NCBI GenBank assembly: GCA_964016885.1
Contig: OZ024743.1
Location: 161,634,001-161,698,000, forward strand
Source: Eledone cirrhosa
Lineage: Eukaryota
DNA: 64,000 nt
Direction of reading: 5' to 3'
Of this stretch, positions 15,080-26,859 are shown piece by piece. Numbering within the stretch: position 1 is the stretch's first letter; each line of letters begins with the position of its first letter. The notes under the pieces were generated by a model that was not told where the DNA came from, did not search any database, and saw only the letters and a list, made by a program, of their open reading frames with translations. A program made the translations under genes and the position numbers.

Positions 15080-15205
15080 TTAAAAATCCGAAAATAGATC
15101 AACATCCTCTGGTGAAGCTTCTGTTACAAATTTTGTTTCTACTTCTGGATATTCTTCAAAATTATTTGTATCACCGGCATGACTAATTTTAGGGATAATT
15201 GGAGG
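15080..15205 (-). CDS. PRKX: PRKX-like last coding exon (AGC C-terminal tail)
   Basis: ttttag acceptor. Encodes PPIIPKISHAGDTNNFEEYPEVETKFVTEASPEDVDLFSDF* with PxxP, NF..Y and terminal FxxF motifs; TAA at 15082-15080. Confidence 0.94.
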   Translation of the reverse strand, partial: PPIIPKISHAGDTNNFEEYPEVETKFVTEASPEDVDLFSDF

Positions 15206-15273
15206 CTAAAATAAAAGGAGATAAAAGAAAAGAAACATGACATTAATGTTAAAATGTATACTCATGTTATAAT

Positions 15274-15457
15274 TGTTTCTACTTTAGGCACAAGGCCAGC
15301 AATTACCCAGTTCATTTCTGGTACTTTATTTTATCGACCCCGTAAGGATGAAAGGCAAAGTCAACCTCGGCGGGATTTGAACTCAGATCGTAAAGGGACG
15401 TAACTATGCTGGAAAGCATGGCGTCCGACCCTCTACTGATACTGTCAATCCACTGCC
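15274..15457 (-). mobile_element. SINE family A with 16-bp TSD
   Basis: TSD atactcatgttataat at 15258-15273 and 15458-15473. Confidence 0.9.
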
Positions 15458-15864
15458 ATACTCATGTTATAATAGTAACAAATATGACTGCTGGGTAAAA
15501 TTGTAGAAAAGCAGCATAATTAAAAATGAAACCAAAGTAATGGAGCATGTAAAGAAAAAATAATGTGGCTTGCAGAAATACTGAAAGAATGTTTCATTTT
15601 AGCTTGACATTTTTTTTTTTTTTTTTCATTTCATTAATGAGAAAACTTAATTTAAAAAATTTTTTTTTTTATGTGAAGGGCAAGGGAAATTCCCATGAAG
15701 TTAAAATAAATTCATTTGAAAGCATTAGTTATTTCCCTTGCTAAAAATTAAAAATGCTATCGTTTTACTGTAAATTAAGGATAAAAATTTCATTACAAAT
15801 GCAAGCAAGAAATAGGAAAAGGGAAGGTTCAAAAATCCACATTAAAATGAAACTTCTGTTCATC

Positions 15865-18120
15865 CACTCATTCTTGAGAGGGTCCTGGGGACAGAGTCCT
15901 CAAAAACTCCTTCCAGTAGGTCATGTCAGAAGCAACCATTGCCAACTGATCTGGCTGAATCCCCAAGCGAGACCAGCCAAGCTCATGAATATTATCCAAC
16001 CAACTTGCTCAGGGTCTACCCCTGGGTCTCCTGCCAGTTGGTTTTGCCCATAAAATCTGTCCAGCAATCTGTCCTGAGACATTCTAATCACATGCCCATA
16101 ATACCAGAGCAGTGATCTCTCAATTCAGAGTAGCAGCTCTACCTGGAATGTCTCTCTGATCTCCGAGCTACACACTCTATCTAGTAACGTTATTCCAAAG
16201 ACCCTTCAGAAGAACCCCATTTCGGCCACTTGTATTCGTGACCATATTCTTTCGGTCATTATCCAAGATTCATGACCATAGGTAAGGGTTGGCATGAATA
16301 ATGAATTGAAGATAGCGAGTTTGGCTTTTACACCTACCCCCCTTCTGATTACTGAATGCTGAAGCTGGGACATTACTGCACCAGCTACTGCAAGTCTTGC
16401 ATTTAATTCAGCTTCCTGCCTTCCATCACTCGTGAACACAGCCCCAAGATACTTGAACTTCTCCACCTGCTTCAGTGGAACTCCATCCACATTTAGAGTG
16501 CACTGCGCAAGCTTTCTTGAGAGGACGAGCGTCTCAGTTTTCGCAGCACTGATTTTCATTCCCGCCATGCAGTACTCAGCATAAAACCTACCAAGTGCAA
16601 ATTGGAGATCACCTTCTGTCGAGTTAAGAAACACCATGTCATCTGAAAATTACAGCCAACTGATTTTACACCCGCCAGTCATGATACCACATCCAACCAG
16701 ACTGCGCATGTCAATCCTGGTCATGAAAATAATGAACAGGAGAGATGAGAGTATGTAACTTTGGCAGAGTCTAACTCCAACATTGAATGGTTTCGATTTA
16801 GCACCATTTATCCAAACACAAATACTCGGGCATTCATATAGAGACATCAGGGCAGCAAGAAACCAACCATTGATCCGATACTCCTGCACAACCTTCCACA
16901 GCAGGTCCCAAAGGACGCGGTCATATATCTTCTCAAGGTCTACAAAACAAGAATATACCGCTTGGCAATATTCCCACGACTTCTCAAAGACCTACCGCAG
17001 TATGAATATTTGGTCGGCTATTCTGCATCCAGGGTGAAAACCGCACTGTTCATCAGCTAGCTTGGACTCAAAAATCTTCCTGCATCTCTTTGCCAGACAC
17101 TTAGCATAGACTTTACTGATGCAGCTTAACAAGGAGATCCCTCTGTAATTGGAACAATTCTCTCTTGTCTCCCTTTTGGAAAATTGGAGTTATCACTCCT
17201 GGTTGCCATTTCTTAGGTGTCTTTCTCGAGACCCAGACCACCCAGCACACACAAGTCAGCCAGAGAGTACCTTCTCTATTTAAGGCTTTTAACATCTCAG
17301 GCCGAATTTCATCTTCCCCAGTGATCTAGCCACATTAACTGCTTTTGTGACCTTAGCCTCTGAGAGATTAATCACCTCTACCAGATGCACCTCGTGTAGA
17401 TCAGAAGATCGGGTTTAGGAGATCAGCAAAGTATTCGCTCCACCTCACAAGGATCCATCTCTCTGAAAAAGGAGAACCCCAGATGCGTTCCTGATAGCAA
17501 GTGAGGAGGATGACTTCTTATTGCGAAGTCGGTGGATGGTCTGCTAGGGCACTTTTTTGCTGATCTGAAGTCAGATTCCAGCTTAACTCCGAAGTCCAAG
17601 TTCCAAGTCTTAACTTTGGATGCCTTTACTGCCTCTGCTGCATTTAACAGCTGAAGCAGAAAATGCTGAGCAGAACAATCTTCACTCTGTCTCAATATCC
17701 TCAGTTTGCTCTAGGAGTTCTCTGGATTTGGATGCAATAGTATCTGCATACATTGTCCTGACTTCCTTATCCATCAACGCTTTCCACTTTATCCTGCAGG
17801 GCGTCTTGGACAAGCCACTTTTGTGGGCCTCCTTAGCTTTAGATAGTCCCAAGTAGCAGATAATTAGATGGTGATCAGTTGACAGCTCAGCTCTTCTCTT
17901 AACACAAACATCCAGCACAGAATTGAAGAGATCAGAGACAATAACAAAATCAATTGTTGATCTCTGTCCCTGATTCTCCTTATACCATGTATATTTATGG
18001 ATGTTTCTCTGCTAGATGAAGGTATTCAAACTAGAGAGCCCATTGCTGGAACAGATGTCTAATAAAGCCACTCCATTCGTATTTAGATCGGGACGCTATT
18101 CCTTCCAATCATTCCTTTCA
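15865..18120 (-). mobile_element. Decayed RTE-clade LINE (Rex3/Expander-like), EN and RT fragments
   Basis: Fragments LDVCVKRRAELSTDHHL, QVEKFKYLG and PTLTYGHESWIMTER..SRIQVAEM; many stops and frameshifts. Confidence 0.85.
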
Positions 18121-18122
18121 TG

Positions 18123-19067
18123 TCAGATAGTCAGTAGAGAGGATGTAGAATGGTGAGAATGTTTTTGTTTCACCAGATATTCTCTAATTGAAAGTGCTGT
18201 GTGATCAGGTACATTATTGTGGTGCAGTACACAATCTCCTGCAATGTCATTTTGGACTCGCTGGACCTGTTTTCGAATTTGTTCCAAGACATCTTTGTTG
18301 AAAGTGCAATTAATTGTCTGTCCGTGAGGTAAAAATTCTTTGTGAACAATACCACAGCTCTCGAAAAAAAAACGATAATCATTGTTTTCACCCTGGATCT
18401 GCTCATGGGTGCTTTCTTCGGACGAGGAGAATTTTTCGTGTTCCACACCTAACTTTGCTGTTTTGTCTCTGGATTGTTCTCGAATACCCATGACTAATCT
18501 CCTATTATTACTTTATCTAAGAAATTTGGATCAATTTCTAGTCCTAGCAAATCTTAACAAATATCCAACCAGTTCGCTTTTTGCTCCGCACACAAATGTT
18601 TGGGCACTATTTTTGCACACATTTTTCATGTGTGAAAATGGTCTGTTAAACTTCTATGAACTGCATTTTTATCCAATCGCGTTTCTTCTACAACCATCCT
18701 AACACTTAATCAGTGATCTTTCGCCATCACTGCTCACACCACTTCCACATTTTGTTGACGAGATTGGTTTTCCAGAATGAGGTCTGTCTTCAACATTTTC
18801 TCGGTCCTACTCGATAGAGTGGCATCTCCATAAGTCTGTGTTAAAGAATTAAATGTTCGATATTTTCCAGCATCGCAAACATAACAGAGGTTATAAACAC
18901 ATCTGTACATAAACAGCAACTCAGGATTGACTCAATCAATCATGTTGAAACAAGTATGTACATGCAGCCAAGGTCATAACCAACATGTCTATATATACAT
19001 CAACAAGTTGCTACATTACCATGTCATACATAGGAAAATCAGTATCCTTATTTAGGTAACAAACCTT
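18123..19067 (-). mobile_element. Mariner transposase remnant
   Basis: WNTKNSPRPKKA.MSRSRVKTMIIVFF, GIVHKEFL..GQTIN and VLHHNNVPDHTALSIRE (decayed HDNAPAH); frameshifted; ends at a TA run. Confidence 0.85.
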
Positions 19068-19076
19068 TTATATATA

Positions 19077-19560
19077 TATAAATGAAGTAACAGGAGGCTG
19101 GACTGGTGTAAATCCTTGAAAGGTTTATTATACTATGATCATTTCAATGACCGGGTTCCATATGAATCCGGTGATATCATCAGGTATTGGAATATAACAA
19201 AGGAATATGTAAAAAGCCATGGGTCCGAAAAACCATGGGTCCGAGAAACCAGAGACAGAGAAGGCGGCTGACCAACTAGCTTCACAGCCAGCCGCCCTCA
19301 AAGTCCATATTCCAATACCTGATGATATCACCGGATTCATATGGAACCCGGTCATTGAAGTATAATAAACCTTTCAAGGATTTACACCAGTCCAGTCTCC
19401 TGTTACTTCATTTATAATTAACTCCGTATTCGCACCACCAACTACACAAACTAAGATGGGTGAACTGCACTGTGTTGAGTACTCTTCACAATATTACACC
19501 AGGATTGACCATACGGAATGACCAGTTCTATCCAGTGGTGAACCAACAAACCTTAAGAAA
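19077..19560. mobile_element. Short Penelope-like unit: inverted pLTR pair plus tail, between (TA)n tracts
   Basis: 19077-19195 is the reverse complement of 19307-19416; contains an HHR and AATAAA; flanked by (ta)n on both sides. Confidence 0.7.
19130..19187 (-). ncRNA. Minimal type-I hammerhead ribozyme
   Basis: atac CTGATGA tatcaccggattcatatggaacccggtcatt GAAA t gatc ATA gtat. Stem I atac/gtat, palindromic stem III. The plus-strand twin at 19315-19363 lacks 9 nt of the core. Confidence 0.75.
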
Positions 19561-20437
19561 TATATATATATATATATGTGTTATTCCAGGCAAAAAATGC
19601 TATCACGACTACCTACAAAAAGGTGAATGAGATGGCATTGACTGAGATTAATGCGGCCGGAAAAGAAATTGCCAAGTCCCTTAAACTACACGACCGAACG
19701 GAACCTTTAAGGGTAAAGACCCCGTACTTTACCCTGAAGGACCACAAGGGAAACTTCCTCAACAAACCATCAGTCAGAATTATCAACCCCACACAAAGAT
19801 CCTCGATAGAGTTCTACCATCACTGCGGGCGTCTTCACCACTCCCACTCTGGAGCAGAACTTCCGAGGCATCTCTTGGTTTCAAGAATTGCCCGACAAAC
19901 GCCACACTCGCTTCCTGCAACTCGACATAGAAGACTACTATGCTTCTATCTCAAAGCCCCTACTGAAAGACGCACTTGCTTTTGCCAGGAATTTTACCAC
20001 CATAACCGACGCTGAGCAGGATGTGATCCTCCATGCCCACAGGACCTTTCTACACCACGAGGGATCTTACTGGATCAACAAGAAGTCTCAGACACCTTTT
20101 GATGTCAGTATGGGAGCAAGTGACTCGGCTGAAATTAGTGACCTCGTGGGCCTGTACATCTTACACCACCTGAAGAACCTCTTCATGGGCCTTACCGGAG
20201 GATTATACCAAAATGATGCACAAGGTTAACCCCAGAACCTCCGATGGGTTTCGGAGAAACTTAAGCTCATTCTTCCGTAATCTAGGATTTAGAATAACCA
20301 TAGAATCTAATAAGACTAGGGCCAACTTTTTAGATGTCACTCTCGACCTAGATACTTCTCTCTATTACCCGCACCACAAACCTAACGAGTCCCTTAGATA
20401 TATAAATGTTAAATCTAACCACCCCAAAAACATCACA

Positions 20438-20780
20438 GATCATCATCATCATCATTTCAAGTCCGCTTTTCCTTGCTTGCAAGGATGGGACGGGAACTGA
20501 TTCTGGCTTGATTTCTACATTCTACAGCTGGATGCCCTTCCTAACACCAACCTCATTTACAGTGAGTGGTGGGTGCCTTTTGCCGTGACACCTCCACGAC
20601 CACTTTGCAGTGGAATGATAGGGACTCCAATCCCTATCATCTCATTTCTACAGCTGAGTAAACTGGAGCAATGTGAAATAAAGTGTCTTGTTCAAGGAAA
20701 CAACACATCACTCGGTCTGATAATTGAACTCACAACCTTTCGATTGCAAGCCTAATGCTCTAACCACTAAGCCATGTGCC
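20438..20780 (-). mobile_element. tRNA-derived SINE family B with RTE-type 3' tail, inserted in the Penelope ORF
   Basis: Head ggcacatggcttagtggttagagc...gagttcaatt; tail gcaagcaaggaaaagcggacttgaaa(tga)n. The Penelope ORF resumes across it (SNHPKNI | IDNLVKSVSLRIS). Confidence 0.75.
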
Positions 20781-22086
20781 TCATTGATAACTTAGTTAAA
20801 AGCGTCTCACTCAGAATCTCCGGCCTCTCGGCCAATGAAGATATCTTTAGTGTCTCTGCCTCTTATTACAAGGATACCCTCACCCGCAGCGGATTTAAAG
20901 AAAAGATCACTTATCTAGAAACCAGCCCAAGACTACCTAGGAGGAATAGGCATAGGGAGATTAGTTGGTACACCCCCCCCCTTCAATAGAGAGGTTTCTA
21001 CACCTATAGCTAGGACTTTCTTCAAATTGTTGAACATACACTTCCCCATACACCATAGGTACTACACCATCTTTAATAAGAATACAATAAGACTCTCCTA
21101 CTCCATTACACCTAACCTTGCTAGGAATATAGCCAATCGCAACACTACAAAATTAAATAAGCCTACTACCTCCGAACCTAATCCCCGGATGAGAGCCTGC
21201 CCACTTCAAAACAAATGCCTGACAAATGACATCGTATACAAATGTGATGTCATCTCAGGCACCGATGACAGCAACAACAAAAACACTTACATCGGCATGA
21301 CTTCCAACAATTTTAAGACCCGGTGGTATGCCCATACTCACTCTATCAGAAGACCGGACAAATCAAATCAGACAACACTCGCCTCCTATGTCTGGGACCT
21401 CAAGAGGAACTCTACCCCTTTCATGCTTAAATGGAAGATACTCCAGAAAGTGCGCTCATACAAGGGAGGACACAAGTGCTGCGACCTTTGTATTTCAGAG
21501 AGCTACAAAATACTATTTGCCAGGGGCTCGCTACTGAACAAACTCTTTGAACACTGCCCGAATTGCATGCACAAAAACTTTGCAACTTTCAAATACCTTA
21601 AGCCAGTGTTGATGCCAGATGGCTAAAAGAAAATTTCTTTTTTAAAAAAAAACCACTGTGTGCATATGTGTGTGTGAATGTGCTTGCTGACACCCAGAAT
21701 ATAGCTTAAGAGAAACTTAACAATAAGGAGAAGCACCCCAAACTTGAACCTGTTTATAGAATTCTTTCTGCCTTTGTCACACTAAATTCAGCTTTAAAGA
21801 ATTCTCCTTTCTTTAAACCAATGACCTCCACCCATCCTGTAGACACCTGATATACAGGCATTGTTAGCTTAAGAGAAACTTAAAAATAAGGAGTGGTATT
21901 CCAATCTGAACTTGTTTATCTTTTTGCCTTTGTCACTCTAAATATAAATTATAGCTTTAAAGAATTAGCTTTTAGTGAATTTCCTTTTCTTTAAGCCCAT
22001 CAACCAATGACCTCCACCCATCCCAATCTCCACCCTCTCCTACCACCAGAAAAGATATAAATACCACCATATTTACTTGGACAGTC

Positions 22087-22137
22087 AGCTTCCTGATGAT
22101 TTCTCATGAATGAAACAGTTCTAGTCCGGTAGAAGCT
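22087..22137 (+). ncRNA. Hammerhead ribozyme in the Penelope 3' pLTR
   Basis: agcttc CTGATGA tttctcatgaat GAAAC agttctagtccg GTA gaagct; perfect 6-bp stem I. Confidence 0.75.
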
Positions 22138-22154
22138 TTTTAAATATATATATG

Positions 22155-22293
22155 TATTAAAATAACAGATTAAAGTTTAAGCAAAGAATCGCTGCTTTCA
22201 CCCTTAACAGGATTTTCTGAAACAGTTTCAGAAGATTCCGTTAAGGGTGAAAGCAGCGATTCTTTGCTTAAACTTTAATCTGTTATTTTAATA
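22155..22293. repeat. 139-bp near-perfect palindrome
   Basis: Arms tattaaaataacagattaaag...tctgaaac | a | gtttcaga...ctttaatctgttattttaata; centre 22224; 3 mismatches. Confidence 0.95.
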
Positions 22294-22459
22294 AATATTT
22301 GCTCTACGGTTCTTATATATTTGATATATATTTATCCTTATCGAGCCCTCTTTGGATTTTAGTCTTCAAATTTATTATTATTTTATTACTATATATACAT
22401 ATATATATTTATATATATGAACACTCATTTCTGACCCCATCACTCGTGTCTGTCCTAAC

Positions 22460-22935
22460 CACCCACCACTGCTTCTAAGCGTGCTCATAATTTCCGTAAC
22501 CTCCTTGTGCACATTCCTTCTCCCCCTCCGTTAGGAAGCCACCTGGCTCCCGTCCCCGTTACCATCCCCACTTTAATAACTGTCCCTATATAACAAGCCT
22601 CACCACTCTCACAGGTACGAACCATTCTTTTTGTATTCGCCACTCCTTTTCTTGCACCTCCACTAAAGTTGTCTATGCCCTCCGGTGTTCCTTTTCGGGT
22701 CCATTTACATTGGACAAACAGGCCACTGTCTGGCAACTGATTTGCCGAACACCCGAGGGACATACAACTAGGTAATGATATTCCTGTCACTCATCACTTC
22801 CATTCCCCCAACCACTCTACTCAACACCTCAGTCTCAGGCTTCATTTTACACTATGGATTCAGAGCCACTTGCACCTGGACTGAGAAGAGCTTAATTTTT
22901 CACCTTATAACTTCTTTTCCAAATAGACTCAATCA
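22460..22935 (+). pseudogene. Second Penelope-family GIY-YIG endonuclease fragment
   Basis: Decayed KRAHNFRNLLVH, TCPYI-like, FSCTSTKVVY, YIGQTG, FAEH, EK.LIF and PNRLN motifs. Confidence 0.7.
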
Positions 22936-23562
22936 CACCCCCAACAGTTCCTATAGCCTACTTTTATTTTTGCTCTCACACACATACACACACACAACTC
23001 CAGTAAGCAAACAATAAACACACCCACATTTAGAAAACCTGTATAGTTTTAGTGATAGTAATGAAAATTATTATTATTTCTGTTATTGTTGTTGTTCAGA
23101 CGTAGCAGGAAAGAAAAAACTAGTTCTACTGTACTTTTGAATTTTAGGGATTGCCACAAAGACAAAACACAAACATGAATTGGTACTGCCCATATTCACT
23201 AAACCATGACACCTCTGATTTTGCATGGAAATTACCACCAAATTCGATGCCTAATCATGTGATCTTCCTCAACCTATCCAAATGTACTTCAAACACAAAG
23301 CTATCTGAGCCACTTTTTTTTTGCATATAACAGAAAAAAATTCCTCAAACTAGTTAGATGCGAGTTATATGATGGCATAGCCACACATCTCTCCATTTCT
23401 CTTAACTTTTGAAAATCATAAAACTTGAGAAACCAGTAAAGTATTAAGTTATTGTAAATAAACCTTTTTAAAGACTCCAATTGCATTTTCAAAAACAATC
23501 AAGGTGTTTGTGTGTTTGTATGAACATTACATAATGTTTACATATTAAAAATATTCCTATAC

Positions 23563-23640
23563 CTTCAGTTTTCTTTCCCAGACATCAGTCCACTTAATAT
23601 CTTTAAACCACCGATGGTTTTTCACATCTTCTGCACCTGA
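23563..23640 (-). CDS. PRKX: PRKX-like exon (78 bp)
   Basis: tttcag / gtatag boundaries. Encodes SGAEDVKNHRWFKDIKWTDVWERKLK; phase 0 at both ends. Confidence 0.93.
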
Positions 23641-24084
23641 CTGAAATTAAAACAATGATATATATCAGTAGTAGGAATCTGTAAAAATAAAAAAAATATT
23701 TACAAAAACATAAAATGGAAAAGATTATGAATATTTGTACAAACTCTAGCAGTTTAGATTGTTTATAATTAGCTGAAATACAAGTTATTAGGTGTCTTTT
23801 TTTATGTTTAGCCAACTCCCCACTCCCCCAAGACATCCTTCATTGAGCAAAACTATTACTAATGATATTCTAGCCATGACCATCCTGTCTTTTTGAACAA
23901 GGTATGATGAATACCTCATCAATTTTGACAATGAGCATTCAGTTGTTTAATCGATTGGATCACCTCTATTAAATTAATGTGAAGTAGCTTACCACAGACA
24001 CAAGCACCCTATGTAATTCTGAGACCAAATCAGCATAATTTACAAGAGTGAACCTTTTAATTACAGGTATAATTCATCTGATGA

Positions 24085-24225
24085 ACTCCCATATAGTTTC
24101 CATCTATCCAATTTCATTAACAAGTCAATGTACTGCTTTGTTAAAAGACACTTGCCAAAGATGACACACAGTAGGATCCAACCTCAAAATGTTATGATTA
24201 CAAAAATATTTTAACCACTTGGCTT
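24085..24225 (-). mobile_element. SINE family C remnant (also ~48530-48640 +, ~49590-49735 -, ~58725-58858 -)
   Basis: Shared, divergent ...ccac....ggca.cttgggcaagtgtc....ctatag...gccttgtgagtg...tagatggaaact motif. Confidence 0.55.
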
Positions 24226-24490
24226 TTCCTGGAACTAGTAAGGTGTATATAGTATTACAGTATTCTGGACACACATCTTCCCTTTTTATGATGGTGGGTG
24301 TGATATGAAAGAGAACTAGCTGTTATCTGTAGCAAGTCAAGAAACCATATAGAGACTAGTTGTTAGATCATGGTTGATAAGTGTTAGTGTTTAGCTGAAA
24401 GAAATGTTGAGATACACAAGGATATTTCACTATGACAATACAATATGGGAACATAAATTATAAATGGAAAATAATTGTATTTGTGTGGTA

Positions 24491-24672
24491 TAATAATTGT
24501 TTCTACTTTAGGCACAAGGCCAGCAATTACCCAGTGCATTACTGGTACTTTATTTTATCGACCCCGTAAAGATGAAAGGCAAAGTCAACCTCGGCGGGAT
24601 TTGAACTCAGATCGTAAAGGGACATAACTATGCTGGAAAGCATGGCGTCCGACCCTCTACCGATACTGCCAA
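24491..24672 (-). mobile_element. SINE family A
   Basis: Same A/B boxes and central domain as 11371-11558. Confidence 0.85.
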
Positions 24673-24863
24673 GTAAATAATGTATTTTAGTGTTGTATTA
24701 TATAGTTGAAAGTCATAAACTGAAAATGTCAACTCATTTATAATTAACCTTGCTATCAGAGCAGAATAGTAAATATTCATCTATTTTAGTGAGGTGTGCT
24801 TGCAACCGAAGTGTATGATAAAGTTATATCTGTATAAATACAGTGGCTGATTAGATGATATAC

Positions 24864-24911
24864 ACATCTTCTGATGAGGGTTCAATAAAATCTGAAAATC
24901 GATTAAGATGT
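24864..24911 (+). ncRNA. Hammerhead ribozyme motif (1-nt slip in stem I)
   Basis: acatct t CTGATGA gggttcaataaaatct GAAA a tcga TTA agatgt; palindromic stem III aatcgatt. Confidence 0.6.
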
Positions 24912-25054
24912 TTATCACTTTTGCAATTTACAAGGAAATTCGCATTTAATGGCATGTTACATGACTACAAATTAGATACATGTATATATTTATACACGTT
25001 GGTGCAGTCTTGGTTACACACTCTGTATTCATACAGATACAAGTTTATCACATA

Positions 25055-25610
25055 TCATCATCATCATTTAACGTCCATTTTCCATGCTAACATGGGTTAG
25101 ACGGCGGTTGTGCCATTAGAGGCAAGTAGGGTCGGGTGACCGTGTCTCGCTCATATAAGACTGTTTCTGGTTGGTTTTCTATGGCTGGATGCCCTTCCTA
25201 ACATCAACCACATTTACAGTGTGTAATGGGTGCTTTTTGCAATGTCTCCTACACGACCACTTTACAGTGTGGGCTCGGTGCTTTTTGTCATGACACCTAC
25301 ATGATCCCTTTACAGTGTGGGCTGGATGTTTTGTATTACCAACATAACTTTACAGAATAAGGGTGGTGTGGGCGGAAGTGGGAAGAAGGTGTAAAGGTGT
25401 GGGGTGTATATTGGATTAAGAGGTGCCTACCGAGTATATGTTTAAATCCGTGGTACTTTTACCTGGCACAAACCCAAACTGCATTTCATCTAGATCAATT
25501 TGTTCCCTAATCAGCTGTGCGATAACTCTTTCTGTGACCTTCACGACCTGGTCAACTAACTTAATGCTTATATAATTTTCTCTATCTAGAGCATCTCCTT
25601 TGCCCTTGTA
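25055..25610 (-). mobile_element. Internally deleted RTE LINE: RT fragment fused to 3' UTR and (atg)n tail
   Basis: YKGKGDALDRENY...LDEMQFGFVPGKSTTD is joined directly to the family 3' UTR. Confidence 0.75.
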
Positions 25611-26859
25611 CCATTTATACCTCATTGAACACTTCATTTTATATGCATTACAGCCAACCAACTAGAGTGTGGATTGCACCTCCTTGGTTAGTTAGCCCCA
25701 TATTATAATAATTAAATGCTCCTTTAGAGTTGAGTGATTTGCTGATGTAATCAATAAGAGATGGCCTCATCTGCTCTGCCCAAATCACATGGCACGAAGC
25801 AATGGACTGGATTTGAATATCCACTTCAACATGACTACTAAAGCTTACCAGAGGATCGAACATATCTTTCTAGACTGTTAGAACATGGAAAGTAACATTA
25901 TTCCCTGACCATGAACAACATTTTACAGAATTTAACCTGCGGCTATTCATAAGAATGGGAACACTTGGAAAATCCGTCTCTCCTGCTACACACAAACTGG
26001 CAAACAAGTGGAAGTCTCTCTATGAACTCTGTTCCTATCCCCATAATTACCTAACTATCTGTATAATTTCCCAATCCATTCTCTTTATTTATTTCTATAT
26101 ATATATTTAGGTAGATTTGTATTTGTGTTTAGCTACCCTTGTGCAGAATCTCAGGTTATTTTATTGTGTTTTATAGCATCTATTTTATTGCATGTATTAA
26201 ACATACATTTTCATTTACTTCTTGTGTGATCACAAGTTATCTACTGTTTGTTTTCTATTTTTTGTCTTGTATAGTTTTATATTTTATATCATACTGTTTC
26301 ACTTATTATATTGTACGTTTTTGACTATACTTTAATTTAATTTATCTTTATATTTTTATATTTTCTTTAAGATACTTTCAGTAGGCCTACATTATTTAAT
26401 TATTTACATCACTCACTAATAGCATCCTATCGGTTAGACACATTGAGCCAGAGATCTCGATCAGTTTCACTGCTGTCTATGCCGTGGACATTGCTATTAT
26501 ATCAAAAGATTCCACTCTCACATTCCGCTCATCGAGTGCATGAATCTTCTTGGATGCGGCTATGGACACGAGGATGAGCTCCATTAAGTGTTAACCTAGT
26601 GATAGAGAAGGGCTCTCCCACATTATAGCACTTTATAGCCCAGTTGAACTTTATAATGACTACTTTATATTCTTGTTGAGCTATAATGTTGTCTTTTTTA
26701 AGTATATCCACTAATTTAATTTAATCTTCAATTTAATTTATTTTATATTTGGTTCATGTTTTTAGATATATTCCAACCCCTCTTTCACAGCTATCCCTAC
26801 CTCCCCTCATAACCTTAATGGTGTGGTAATGTTGCCTACAAGTAAACTATTGGAGTTTT

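Larger units (their letters stand above)
19578..22150 (+). mobile_element. Penelope-like retroelement (Naiad-like), 5'-truncated and frameshifted
   Basis: RT pieces TLKDHK.NF.NKPSVRIINP, LDIEDYYASI, FDVSMGASDSAE and FLDVTLDL; GIY-YIG region CPL..KCL...IVYKC...YIGMT...FK.RW..H and C.LC..E..LLN; 3' HHR; (TA)n on both sides. Confidence 0.88.

Noticed and set aside
21027-22086. Selenocysteine recoding / SECIS as reported for some Naiads
   Set aside because: The GIY-YIG ORF is open with ordinary Cys codons and no convincing SECIS is visible; the 3' region shows only a ~140-bp direct repeat.
22225-22265. CAGAAGA...GAAA inside the palindrome as a hammerhead
   Set aside because: Core is mutated and there is no stem I or stem III pairing.
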